Assembly (NCBI GenBank): GCA_023205875.1
Contig: CP060762.1
Span: 248,001-312,000 of the forward strand
DNA: 64,000 nucleotides
Direction: 5' to 3'
DNA from: Chloropicon primus
Lineage: Eukaryota
Part shown: positions 10,119-19,935 of the stretch, piece by piece
Layout of the letters: every line of letters begins with the position of its first letter
Position numbering within the stretch: position 1 is the stretch's first letter
Made by a program: the position numbers and the translations under genes
The notes under the pieces: model-generated
What the model was told of the DNA's origin: nothing
Database searches by the model: none
Seen by the model: only the letters and a program-made list of their open reading frames with translations

Positions 10119-11810
10119 TCAAGTGCTGCTGCTGCTGCTCTCCTGGAGGGGAATCATTCCCTTTTGCATGAGGGCCATGGCCGATCCTGGCGCAGGGACG
10201 ATTCTCTTCCTCTTGCACCTCCTGTCGATGGCAGCCTCCTGCTCCTCCTCCGCGATTCCCTCCGTTTCCCCGACGGCTGCAAGGGCCAGCTGGTCAGCCT
10301 GCGCCGGCAGAGCCTCGTCTTCGCTGTCCTCCTCCTCCACCAAGATGACCTCCGACGCCACACTGGCGGCGCCCTCAATCAGGGGCTCTTGCTTGTCCGC
10401 TCGCCTCCTTCCCACTCCATACTTCTCCTCTGGCAGCTCGATTCCCAGGTCGACCTTGGCGCCACCAAGCTTCCTCAAGTAAATTTGCTGGGCAGCCAGC
10501 AAGGAAACGTTCGAAAAGTAGTAGAGCGTGAGCCCGGCAGGCACGTTGAGCGAGAACCACCCAAGCGTCAGCGGCAGGAGTTTCGTGACCACCTGCAGAG
10601 TCTTGTTCTCCTCGGCCTCGGGGTCCTTTGGCGGACTGATTAGTGCCGAGAGGGTGTACTGTATGACCACCAGCAGAGCCGGGAGGATCACGTAGGCCTG
10701 AGCGGCCTCCCAGCCGATCGGGGGATGGCCGTCCACGAATGGGAAGAGCCAGGAGGTGCCGGCTCCGGACTTTCTCAGAGCAAGGGAAGTCGGCCCGGCC
10801 AGGGAGGGTATCCAGAAGAATCCCTCGTTCTCCAGGAGGCCCTCGTTCGCCACGTTTCCGAGCGAGTAGTAGAGGCCCAAGAAGATGGGGATGGAGGCAA
10901 AGGTAGGCAAGCAGCCGGCCAAGGGGTTTATTTTCGTCATCTCGTACAGACGGGCCGTCTCCATGTTGATCCTGTCCTTGTCGTCCCCGAACCGCCTCTT
11001 GATGCGATCGATGGTGGGCTTCAGCTCCATCGCCGCCATGCTCACCTCCGCCTGCTTCTTCGTCAACGGGTACGTCGAGGCTCGCACAAAGACGGTAAGG
11101 AGAATGATGGAAAACCCGTAGGAATAAGGCACGTGAAGGAACTCCAAACCGTGCTGAAGGACCCCCAAGACTTGCTCCAGGGCATTCGAGAGCGGGGAGA
11201 GGAAGCCGTCGTACCTCATCGGGGCGTCGGCCACGGCTGCCGAGGCGCTCGCGGCCGCGCCGGCGAGGTCGGAAGCCGAGTCCGCCACGCTCGAGGCGGC
11301 CTCCGTGATGGCGTCCGAGACCCCCTCGATGGCGACCGGAGGTTGAATCCCCGCTTCCACCGCACCCTGTGCCGCGTCCACGGCCGCTCCGACGACGGCC
11401 GAAGGGTCTGCCCCGCCCTCTGCCCCCAAGCCGTCCAGCGGCACCGAACCGACAACATCCAGAGGAGCGGGACCGACCTCCGCTTCCAGTGGGCTCGCGC
11501 CCAAACCTTCCAGAACCTCTGGTGATTCGACGACCTCGAGGTCGCCCAGCGTCAAAATCCTCGAAAGGAACTCACGCATCTCCAGCGGGAGCCCTGCAAG
11601 CGGACCCAGTCCCGCTTCCTCTGGAAGAGCACGGCAGACCTCGCGCAGCCTTCCCCTCCCCTTTCGTCTAGACGACTCCTTCTGCAGCCTTCCTCCCGTC
11701 GCTCCCGCGCATCTGAACCCCTGGAGGCGATTCCCCGCACCTCTTGCCCCCTCGACGACTCGCCCACCTCCCACCGCCCTCCTCCCTTTCCTCCCCCCTC
11801 CCTTCATCAT
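10119..11810 (-). CDS. ALB3: Thylakoid membrane insertase Albino3 (YidC/Oxa1/Alb3)
   Basis: Transit-peptide-like N-terminus; HVPYSYGFSIILLT, NPLAGCLP, EGFFWIPSLAGPT, GWFSLNVPAGLTLYYF. Confidence 0.93.
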   Translation of the reverse strand: MMKGGGRKGRRAVGGGRVVEGARGAGNRLQGFRCAGATGGRLQKESSRRKGRGRLREVCRALPEEAGLGPLAGLPLEMREFLSRILTLGDLEVVESPEVLEGLGASPLEAEVGPAPLDVVGSVPLDGLGAEGGADPSAVVGAAVDAAQGAVEAGIQPPVAIEGVSDAITEAASSVADSASDLAGAAASASAAVADAPMRYDGFLSPLSNALEQVLGVLQHGLEFLHVPYSYGFSIILLTVFVRASTYPLTKKQAEVSMAAMELKPTIDRIKRRFGDDKDRINMETARLYEMTKINPLAGCLPTFASIPIFLGLYYSLGNVANEGLLENEGFFWIPSLAGPTSLALRKSGAGTSWLFPFVDGHPPIGWEAAQAYVILPALLVVIQYTLSALISPPKDPEAEENKTLQVVTKLLPLTLGWFSLNVPAGLTLYYFSNVSLLAAQQIYLRKLGGAKVDLGIELPEEKYGVGRRRADKQEPLIEGAASVASEVILVEEEDSEDEALPAQADQLALAAVGETEGIAEEEQEAAIDRRCKRKRIVPAPGSAMALMQKGMIPLQESSSSST

Positions 11811-12031
11811 TCCCCAATCGCCGACGACGCTACGCTCCGTACGACGGTACCCGTGGCAAGTCTGGTATCAATCGAAAGCCCTCAAGACGCTCCGTCGCTT
11901 GGTCGACCTTCCCTCCCGTCTCTGTCCCTCCCCTCGTCCCTCTCGGCCCCTGTCCCCCGTCCCGTCCTCACCAACCCACTCGATTGACCTCCTTCTGGAT
12001 AAGGAAAGGATAAGGTATCGTGACGGACAGT

Positions 12032-12758
12032 TTGGTTTTGGTTTGTTCCTGAGGCGAGGAGGAAGGGGTTGAGGTTGTTGGAGAGGGAGGGGCACAGGTA
12101 GAGAGGGCTTGGAGGGGAACACATCCTTGATCTGGACTACGCTTGGCAGCTGGACTTCGTTTGGCTTGGCTTGGCTTGGCTTGGCATTTGGCATCTTGGT
12201 TTGGCTTGGTTTGGTTTGGTTTGGTTTGTTCCTGAGGCGAGGAGGAAGGGGTTGAGGTTGTTGGAGAGGGAGGGGCACAGGTAGAGAGGGCTTGGAGGGG
12301 AACACATCCTTGATCTGGACTACGCTTGGCAGCTGGACTTCGTTTGGCTTGGCTTGGCTTGGCTTGGCATTTGGCATCTTGGTTTGGCTTGGTTTGGTTT
12401 GGTTTGGTTTGTTCCTGAGGCGAGGAGGAAGGGGTTGAGGTTGTTGGAGAGGGAGGGGCACAGGTAGAGAGGGCTTGGAGGGGAACACATCCTTGATCTG
12501 GACTACGCTTGGCAGCTGGACTTCGTTTGGCTTGGCTTGGCTTGGCTTGGCATTTGGCATCTTGGTTTGGCTTGGTTTGGTTTGGTTTGGTTTGTTCCTG
12601 AGGCGAGGAGGAAGGGGTTGAGGTTGTTGGAGAGGGAGGGGCACAGGTAGAGAGGGCTTGGAGGGGAACACATCCTTGATCTGGACTACGCTTGGCAGCT
12701 GGACTTCGTTTGGCTTGGCTTGGCTTGGCTTGGCATTTGGCATTTGGCATCTTGGTTT
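12032..12758. repeat. Tandem repeat, 183-bp unit x4, with internal (TTGGC)n/(TTGGT)n microsatellite
   Basis: cctgaggcgagg at 12048, 12231, 12414 and 12597; units essentially identical. Confidence 0.95.
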
Positions 12759-12827
12759 GTTGCTTGTGGGCAGCAGCAGAAGAGGGAGGTTGATTGATGA
12801 TGGATTGATGTGGAGGAAGGGAGCCCC

Positions 12828-13370
12828 ATGGTGACGGAGATGGAGCTCGAGGTGGCGACGCCAAGCAGTCTGCACGGCGAGGAACTCGAGCGAGTGGTGG
12901 TTCTGATCAACCAGGTGTACCGCGTGGCCGAGAGGGGCATGTGGATTGACGAGACCTTCAAGCGGACGGACATCGAGGAAGTGTCTGGGATCGTGAGGGA
13001 CGGGGAGCTCATGGTCTGCAGGTCTGGCGGTCGAGTCGTTGGGTGCGTCCAGTGCCGCATGCTGAACCCCAGCGCGGCGTCGTTTGGCATGCTCGTTTGC
13101 GACGAAAAGTTTCGAGGCAGAGGAATAGGGAAAGCGCTGATCGCGAGGGCTGAGGAGCGAGCCAGGGAGAAGGGAGCAAAGACGCTTCAGCTCGAGCTCC
13201 TGCACCCCATCGAGTGGAAGCAGGAGACAAAGGCGGTGTTGGAGAAGTGGTACCCGAAGCTGGGGTTCAACAAGACAGAGGAGTGGAGCTTCGATGAGCT
13301 CTATCCTCACCTCGCCAAGGGCCTCGCCCACAAGTGTTTCTTCACGGTGTTCCTCAAGGAGCTGAGGTGA
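12828..13370 (+). CDS. GNAT-family N-acetyltransferase
   Basis: FGMLVCDEKFRGRGIGKALIARAE acetyl-CoA motif A; WYPKLGF motif B. Confidence 0.88.
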   Translation: MVTEMELEVATPSSLHGEELERVVVLINQVYRVAERGMWIDETFKRTDIEEVSGIVRDGELMVCRSGGRVVGCVQCRMLNPSAASFGMLVCDEKFRGRGIGKALIARAEERAREKGAKTLQLELLHPIEWKQETKAVLEKWYPKLGFNKTEEWSFDELYPHLAKGLAHKCFFTVFLKELR

Positions 13371-13494
13371 CGATACAAAGAATGATCCTGCTGCAATGCA
13401 ATATTATGAAGACTCGGGAAAATCCGTTCTTTATCGATAAGAATATACTTTACACAAGAAAGGTTTTTCCTCCCTGTCCTCGCTCGCCTCGCCC

Positions 13495-16248
13495 CTAAAT
13501 GTAATCGTCCTTCAAGCCCCCGATGTTCTCGATGGAGACGGCCGCGATGGAGGTGATGCACTCAGCGAGTTGCTCGTCGTGCTTGGAGAACACCGTGTGC
13601 GAGATGCTGATCTTGCTGCTGTTCTTCGACTTGATGGACCCTTTGATGAAATTGAAACGCTCGTCCGTGCCCCCGGAAGAGCTGTCCCCGATCAGGGAGT
13701 GGGAGATCTTGTTGATGCACTGCACCACACCTATGGTCGCCCCCGACCTCGATACGATGGGAACGCAGAGGATGGAGGTCGTGTTCATTCCAGACTTTCT
13801 GTCCATCTCCGCATCGAAGTAAGGGTCCTTGTTCACGTCCGTGACGTTCCTTATCTTCTGCGCCATGAAGACGTAACCCGCAATACCGGAGTCCCAAGGG
13901 ATGGAGAACTCCCTGGCGTCCAGGAGAGATCCGCGCCTCCTCGCCAAGAAAGACTCTTTCTCTCGGCTGGGCCCAGAGGACGACCGGTATGCTGGGCTGA
14001 CGCCATCGCCCCCTTCTGGGTCCTCCTCGCTGGGCCCTCCCTCGTCCTCCACCCAACCCGATCCCGCCATCTTCCTAAGCTGCTTGTTTGGCCTGTCAAC
14101 CAGGAACACGGTCGCCCTGTCGCAGTACAGGATGGCCCTGCAGCACCTCGCAATCTTCACCAGCAGCTGCCTCAGATCCTTCTCCAAGTACATCATCTTC
14201 ACGGACTCGAGGAACATGCTTCCGATGCTCTTTTCCTTGACGTACTCGGCCGACACCCTCGAGGAGTCGATGTAGTCGCTCACCAGGGTCGCGATGACTT
14301 CCACGAGACCCTTGTCCTCGAACGTGAACTCACTGGAGTCGTCCTCGGACTGCTTGTTCAGAAGCTGGATGGCCCCGAGGACCTGGGAGTGGGACTGGTT
14401 GTAAAGCGGGTAGCACAGCACGGACTTCGTCTTGAAACCGCTCAAGATGTCCATCTTTGGGTTGAAGCTGGCGTGCTGATTGGCATCCTGGACCATGATC
14501 ACTTCTCCGTACGTGACGCAGTGCACCGCAATGCCGTCCCTCTTGTGCTCCTTGTGATCCACCCCAAGGATGATGGGTGTGTCGTCCGTGACCCAGGCCC
14601 CGTCAATGGCGAGGGGCAGCCTTATTTCCGTCATGCCCTCCACCCCCGCGATCGGAGTCCACAGCTCCCTCCTCACGGGATCCACGACGTACAAGCTAGC
14701 TCTCTCCGCGCCGATCAGCTCCTTCACCACCGACATGGTGCGCAGAGCAGCCTCCCTGATGTTCGTCTGGAAAGTGTCCCCGGTCGTCATGTCCCGAATC
14801 GTCTTGCACAGCTTGTAGAGCTGGTCGGCCTTCTTCGTCATTTCTGCCCTCTCGATAGCCACCGCAGTCAAGCTAGCGGCAGCCTCGAGAATCTCTTGGT
14901 CAAAGATGGAGAACTGCTCCTCTCCCAGCTTGTTCAGGCACATGATGGCGCCCTTGGACTCCCTGGCGTGGGGCGCCACGACCGGAACGCAGAGGACGGA
15001 CTTGGTGCGATAGCCCAGCTTCTTGTCCACCCTGATGTCGAACCTGTCGTCGTTGTAAGCGTCCTCGATGTTCACGGATTCGCAATTCACCGTGACCGAT
15101 CCACTGATACCGTTCGGCTGCTTGTCCGCCTTGTACAGGGGAATTCTAATGTACTTTTGGTGGGTTCCACTCAAGCCTGTGGCCTCGCCCGCTTGCAACG
15201 CCCAGAGCTCGTTCGACTCCCTGCTGGCCAAGAACGCCGTGCAGCGATCCGCCTTCACAAGCTTTCTGATGTGAATGGTAACAAGCTTGACGAGGTTGTA
15301 GAGCTCCCCGCCAGTGGCCGAGGCGATGGCCTCCGCGAGCTCCTTGAGCTGAGGGTTCTTGTGAAGCAGCTGAGCGATTCTCGCCTCCGAAGCCATTTCC
15401 CCTCCACCCGTTTGCACCCCCCTGTGCCTCTTTCTGTTGAACCTGGGAACCTCATACCTCTGCTTTACCCTCTTGTAAGCAAGCATGCCACTCGCTCCAT
15501 CCACCCCGCTCTTCGGGGCCTGGGCTGCCGAGAGCTGCCCTTGCAAGTCCTCCTTCTCGATCTTCAGCTTCTCCACCTCGTTCAGCAACCGCGAGATCTG
15601 GCCCTGGAGCTTACCGACTTCCGTGTCCAAGAACAGGGAGCTGTCGACCTCCTTCCCTGCCCTCCTCAGGCCGCCTTGCCTCACCTTGTTCGGGCTTCCC
15701 TGCTGTGGTGCGGTCATCGGCGGCCGCCTATTCATTCCCCCGTCCCTCCGCTTCAGATTCCTCAGCGCCGAGCTGTTGAAACTGTACCGGTTGCTCGTCT
15801 TGTCCTCCTTCGCTCCTCCAAAGATACTCGCAGTCTTCGTCCTCCGCCTTCGCATTGGCTTGGGACTCCCCATTGCGTTCTCGTCGGTCTCCCCAAGCGC
15901 CCCAAGACTGTCCTCTGCTCCGGTCGTATTCAAGCTATCCATAGGCGTGTTGAAGTTCAAGCCCGACTTCCTCGACCTCCTGCCCTGTGGGGCGCTCCCC
16001 GGAGCCATGTCTCCGTAGATGCTTTGCCTCTGTCCGCTGAAGACGGTCGAGGGCCTCTCTCGGCTCTCCAGTGCCGTCATGATGTTCCTCGAGTAACTCG
16101 TCTCCGGCGAACCGATAGGCGTGTTGAAGGAAGGGGTATCAGCGCTAGCGGCTCCGTCCCGAGCAAGGACCCCTTTCCACACGTGCTTCGGCATCAGGCC
16201 GAGTCCTCCCGTATTGGAGATGTTCTGCCTCTGGCCCGGAGAATTCAT
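13495..16248 (-). CDS. Coiled-coil plus three tandem PDE-type GAF domains, no catalytic domain
   Basis: Three GAF repeats: (A/C)DR.(T/S).(F/Y), G(I/L)(S/A)..., N(I/V).D...D..F...D...G..T.S(V/I)LC.P, and NK...F...D. Low-complexity N-terminus with a coiled coil. Confidence 0.85.
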   Translation of the reverse strand: MNSPGQRQNISNTGGLGLMPKHVWKGVLARDGAASADTPSFNTPIGSPETSYSRNIMTALESRERPSTVFSGQRQSIYGDMAPGSAPQGRRSRKSGLNFNTPMDSLNTTGAEDSLGALGETDENAMGSPKPMRRRRTKTASIFGGAKEDKTSNRYSFNSSALRNLKRRDGGMNRRPPMTAPQQGSPNKVRQGGLRRAGKEVDSSLFLDTEVGKLQGQISRLLNEVEKLKIEKEDLQGQLSAAQAPKSGVDGASGMLAYKRVKQRYEVPRFNRKRHRGVQTGGGEMASEARIAQLLHKNPQLKELAEAIASATGGELYNLVKLVTIHIRKLVKADRCTAFLASRESNELWALQAGEATGLSGTHQKYIRIPLYKADKQPNGISGSVTVNCESVNIEDAYNDDRFDIRVDKKLGYRTKSVLCVPVVAPHARESKGAIMCLNKLGEEQFSIFDQEILEAAASLTAVAIERAEMTKKADQLYKLCKTIRDMTTGDTFQTNIREAALRTMSVVKELIGAERASLYVVDPVRRELWTPIAGVEGMTEIRLPLAIDGAWVTDDTPIILGVDHKEHKRDGIAVHCVTYGEVIMVQDANQHASFNPKMDILSGFKTKSVLCYPLYNQSHSQVLGAIQLLNKQSEDDSSEFTFEDKGLVEVIATLVSDYIDSSRVSAEYVKEKSIGSMFLESVKMMYLEKDLRQLLVKIARCCRAILYCDRATVFLVDRPNKQLRKMAGSGWVEDEGGPSEEDPEGGDGVSPAYRSSSGPSREKESFLARRRGSLLDAREFSIPWDSGIAGYVFMAQKIRNVTDVNKDPYFDAEMDRKSGMNTTSILCVPIVSRSGATIGVVQCINKISHSLIGDSSSGGTDERFNFIKGSIKSKNSSKISISHTVFSKHDEQLAECITSIAAVSIENIGGLKDDYI

Positions 16249-16329
16249 CCTGCGGCGTGCGTCCTGGTACTACTGCACAAGTCCTCGCCCTATCCACAAC
16301 CTTGGTGTGCCTCAATTCCACCTTGGTCG

Positions 16330-16630
16330 CCTCACAACAGGGTTGGCGCACTTGTTGTCCTTGCTCTCCTGTTGGTCTTCCTTCCCTCGGGTAACGACGT
16401 GACAGAGATGCCACGACGCTCTCCTCCCAACCGGGACCAATCCTCAGTCCTCTCTTCTCCTTCCCTCGGTCACAACCTCAAGCAAGGTCACCTCACAACA
16501 GGGTTGGCACTCCAGTGTGCCTGCGTCTGTGTGTGTGTTGGTCTGGACTATGTCACTAGCCAATGCCAATGCCAATGAAGGGATGCCACAACACTCTCCT
16601 CCCAACCGGGACCAATCCTCAGTCCTCTCC
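16330..16630. repeat. Imperfect direct repeats upstream of the GAF gene, periods 175 and 161 bp
   Basis: ctctcctcccaaccgggaccaatcctcagtcctctc at 16419 and 16594; cctcacaacagggttggc at 16330 and 16491. Confidence 0.85.
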
Positions 16631-17240
16631 CCTCCTCTCCCCTCCTCTCCTCTCTGACCCAAGGCCTTGGGATGTCCTTCTCATCAACGAACCCTTTGCT
16701 TTGACTTCGGTGGTTACTGGAAATGTTGGAAATGTGAATGACTTTGACCTCTGCTCCGTTTTGGTCTTGACTCAAGACTCTTGAGGCGTGGAGCAAGACA
16801 GACGGCCGTCCCCTGTCCTACCCCATGCGCACGACACCCTCTCCCTCTCCCTCTCTCCCTCTCCCTCTCCCTCTTTCTCATGAAGTGGCCAAGAGGGCAC
16901 GCGGGTTGAGGAGGGACTGTGTCACGGTGGACCACAGACCCTAATCATCAAGTCTTTGGTTCGATCTGTTTCAACAAGACTAGTTTTGTCTTGCTTGCAC
17001 AATCCCGTCATCGTGATCGCACTCCCTTCCACCTCCACCCCTCCCACTTCCTCTCCTCCTCACCTTTGCCTCCGCGAACCCGAGCGTTAATGTTTTCATC
17101 TCCATTTCATTCAGGGGAAGCCCATCGGTTACATCACTGGCACTCGAGGAGGGAGAGAGAGGTGAGTTCGGGGCGGAAGGAAAGGCGGAGGGTGCGGTAG
17201 AAAGGAAAGAGGGAAGGGGTAGCGTGAATCCTCATCTCTT

Positions 17241-17265
17241 GCTCTTTCGAAAGAGCCCTCGCTCG
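17241..17265. promoter_or_regulatory. Best-conserved copy of a dispersed promoter-proximal element, perfect palindrome GCTCTTTCGAAAGAGC
   Basis: Related 25-mers at 8479, 32526, 32703, 36722, 36902, 38335, 42494, 50380 and 52419 match at 19-23 of 25 positions by manual count. Function is inferred. Confidence 0.7.
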
Positions 17266-17366
17266 AAAAGGATGGTGGCCTGAGGAGGAAGGGAAGGACT
17301 GAAAGGTGTTTTGTGGTGTGTGTTTCTTTTGTGGGAGACAGCAGGGGAGGAGTGAGGCGGAGGGGC

Positions 17367-19865
17367 ATGGCGAGGGGAAGGGGCGAGAGGGGGCGGAGGG
17401 GCTTGGGTGGCCTCGCCCTCGTGGCGCTCTTCGTCCTACATGCGGAGGCGCAGCAGCAGGGGGTGGGGGAGCTGAACACGACGGTCATCCAAGAAGGCGC
17501 GGACTTCAACCCGCTGGCGTCGAACGCCCTCGAGTGCGAGATAGAGCTGACGTACAGCGCTTCGGCGATCAATATGCCGAAGTTCGACGCGACTTTCGCG
17601 ATTCGGAACAACAGGCCCTCGGAGCTGAGCGCGTGGCAAGTGGTGTGGAGGTACGAGAACGAGAAGCTGATCCCGGGAAGCGTGGAGGGCGCTATCTTGC
17701 TCGCGACGGGGACGAGCAGCGGGCAGCCTGCCCGAGTCGTGAACACGAGGAACAACGCCCCGATCCAGGCCTTCTCCACCAAGGGCTTTGCTTTCCAGGC
17801 CTACAGCACTTTGGAGGACACCGCAGGCAGGAACACCTCGAGGGCGCCGAGCTCGGTGAGCGTGAACGGTCTTTCCTGTGCGGCGCTCTACTCGTCCGAG
17901 GGAATCGAAGGGATCAGAGAGGAGTTCTCTGACAGCGTGACGAGCATCGAGCAGTGCATCCCCCCCGGGGAGACGAATTCCTCGGAGGTGCTGTTCTTGC
18001 CGAGTTGCGAGCAAACCTACTGCTGCGGCCTCCTGACGTCGTCGGGGACCACGAACTCCCAGCAAGTAGAAGACCTGCAGAAGCAGAGGGCCCGCAAGAG
18101 TCTGCTCCCCACCAAGATCATCGAGGAGGAGAATGACATAGCATGGGTGGACTGCAGCTATAAATCAAAAGTAGTCTTGGTGCAGAACGCCACGTCGGGG
18201 GGGGAGGGGAAGTCCGGCAGCACGTCGGGGGAGGACGTTCTGACCGCCGCGATGATCGAGCCGGGCGGTTACTTTGGGGTGTGCACGAACACAAGCGTCG
18301 GCCCTTTGTTCGGGGAGGATTATTTTGACTTTTACATGCTGTCAAACAAGGAGCAGGCAGTGTCCTTGAACGTTGCGTTGGGGGTGTCGACGCAAGGACC
18401 GAAAACTGCCCTGCAGCAGCTCATCGAGACAGAGAAGCCCATGTATGCCGTCACTGACCTCAACCAGGCCGACCCTTGGACGTACGTGAACCTGGATCTG
18501 AACGACTTGGGGGTCCCCGGGTGGGCTTTCTTCGGAATAAAGAACACGGAAGAGAACACGCCGATCCCGGTCTTCATTTATGACATGGGACTTTACGCGG
18601 CAGTAGACGAGCCGGTTGGCAAGGCCCAAAAACCAAAGGGCCTGAACTGGGAGTACCTAAAGAACAACGCCAACTTGACAGTCCTTGCGGGGCAGATAGA
18701 AGCCAGCGGGAAGACGGCTGGAGGGAGCAATGCCTACCTCCCGGCCATCCTCTTCACGATTAGCGCCGTGCTTGTGATCATCGTGATAGGCCTGGCGTCC
18801 ACAATCATCGTGAGGAAGAGGCAGCAAAAGATCGGAAAGCTAGACATGAGTGCAAGCTCGATGAGCGGAAGCGGCTTTTTCAACAAGCTGGATCTGAGGG
18901 GCTTGAAGGACGCGATCATTCAGAGGTATGAGAGGAAAACGAGCATATCGTCCAACGTGCAGCTTGACGGAGCTCCTGAGGACGGTATATTTGATATCGA
19001 CTTTGACGCAGAGATCAAGCTTCAGGAAATCTTGGGTTCCGGTGGTTTTGGCACGGTCCACAAAGGTGTGTGGAAGGGCGACAGCGTTGCTGTGAAGATC
19101 ATGCATGGCATGAACGAGGGATCGAGCCTGCTGGAGGCATTCAAAAAGGAAGTCTTCCTGCTCAGTAGACTGAAGCACCCTGGAATTGTGAATTTTTTGG
19201 GGGCCTCTCTCACGCCACCGAACGTGTGCATCGTGCAGGAGCTGGCCGAGGGAGGCTCTCTCTACACACTTTTGCACGGAGATGGTTCCGAGAACAAGCC
19301 CATGAAGTACGTGGAGCTCCTGCAGTATGGGCTTGACATCGCTGATGCCATGGCGTACTTGCATCCCACGGTCGTTCACAGGGACCTCAAGTCACAGAAC
19401 GTCCTTCTGGATGTCAACAAGAGAGCAAAGGTTTGCGACTTTGGCATTGCGAAGCTGAAGGAGAAGACTCTCTTGACCACAGTGAACAGCCAGGCGGGAA
19501 CACCGGCTTATATGGCCCCCGAATTATTCGCGGCAGGCAACGTCAGCGAGAAGGTTGACGTCTTCTCCTACGGGGTCCTCCTGTGGGAGTGCTTTACTGG
19601 TTGCGTGCCCTGGGACGAATTGTGCACGCCCATGCAAGTGATATTCGCTGTCGGGGTACAAAAGCAGCGGCTTCCGATCCCACCGCACTGCCCTACCTTC
19701 CTCGCCAATCTGATGCAAGACTGTTGGAGGGAGGAGCCTGAAAACAGGCCGTCCTTCAACCAAATTTTAGGATGGATGGAAACAGAATACGACAAGTATG
19801 TCGCTGCGAAGTCTCTTCTTGTGGCAGAAGGACTGAGCCCACGGAGTGACGCTTCTTCTCCATGA
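17367..19865 (+). CDS. Single-pass receptor-like TKL (Raf-like) kinase with signal peptide and CBM2-like ectodomain
   Basis: Signal peptide LALVALFVLHAEA; TM ILFTISAVLVIIVIGLASTIIV-RKR; kinase motifs GSGGFG, VAVK, HRDLKSQN, DFG, GTPAYMAPE. Confidence 0.9.
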   Translation: MARGRGERGRRGLGGLALVALFVLHAEAQQQGVGELNTTVIQEGADFNPLASNALECEIELTYSASAINMPKFDATFAIRNNRPSELSAWQVVWRYENEKLIPGSVEGAILLATGTSSGQPARVVNTRNNAPIQAFSTKGFAFQAYSTLEDTAGRNTSRAPSSVSVNGLSCAALYSSEGIEGIREEFSDSVTSIEQCIPPGETNSSEVLFLPSCEQTYCCGLLTSSGTTNSQQVEDLQKQRARKSLLPTKIIEEENDIAWVDCSYKSKVVLVQNATSGGEGKSGSTSGEDVLTAAMIEPGGYFGVCTNTSVGPLFGEDYFDFYMLSNKEQAVSLNVALGVSTQGPKTALQQLIETEKPMYAVTDLNQADPWTYVNLDLNDLGVPGWAFFGIKNTEENTPIPVFIYDMGLYAAVDEPVGKAQKPKGLNWEYLKNNANLTVLAGQIEASGKTAGGSNAYLPAILFTISAVLVIIVIGLASTIIVRKRQQKIGKLDMSASSMSGSGFFNKLDLRGLKDAIIQRYERKTSISSNVQLDGAPEDGIFDIDFDAEIKLQEILGSGGFGTVHKGVWKGDSVAVKIMHGMNEGSSLLEAFKKEVFLLSRLKHPGIVNFLGASLTPPNVCIVQELAEGGSLYTLLHGDGSENKPMKYVELLQYGLDIADAMAYLHPTVVHRDLKSQNVLLDVNKRAKVCDFGIAKLKEKTLLTTVNSQAGTPAYMAPELFAAGNVSEKVDVFSYGVLLWECFTGCVPWDELCTPMQVIFAVGVQKQRLPIPPHCPTFLANLMQDCWREEPENRPSFNQILGWMETEYDKYVAAKSLLVAEGLSPRSDASSP

Positions 19866-19935
19866 CAAAACACAATGTTTTATATTTTATGTACAATTGA
19901 TAAAAAAGGAACCTTCTTCTTTTCCAAAGCCTCTA

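Noticed and set aside
6339..12758. Tandem arrays as possible CRISPR arrays
   Set aside because: Units are identical along their whole length with no unique spacers, there are no cas genes, and the context is eukaryotic.
11868..13331. 487-aa and 298-aa repetitive Pro/Gln/Lys ORFs
   Set aside because: They are translations of the 183-bp tandem array plus antisense GNAT; no independent coding evidence.
13570..16578. 1002-aa plus-strand ORF, and similar long ORFs such as 56078-58468, 48612-50261, 59181-60866 and 25907-27250
   Set aside because: Antisense shadows of real genes caused by GC3-rich codon usage; L/V/H/R-rich with no motifs.
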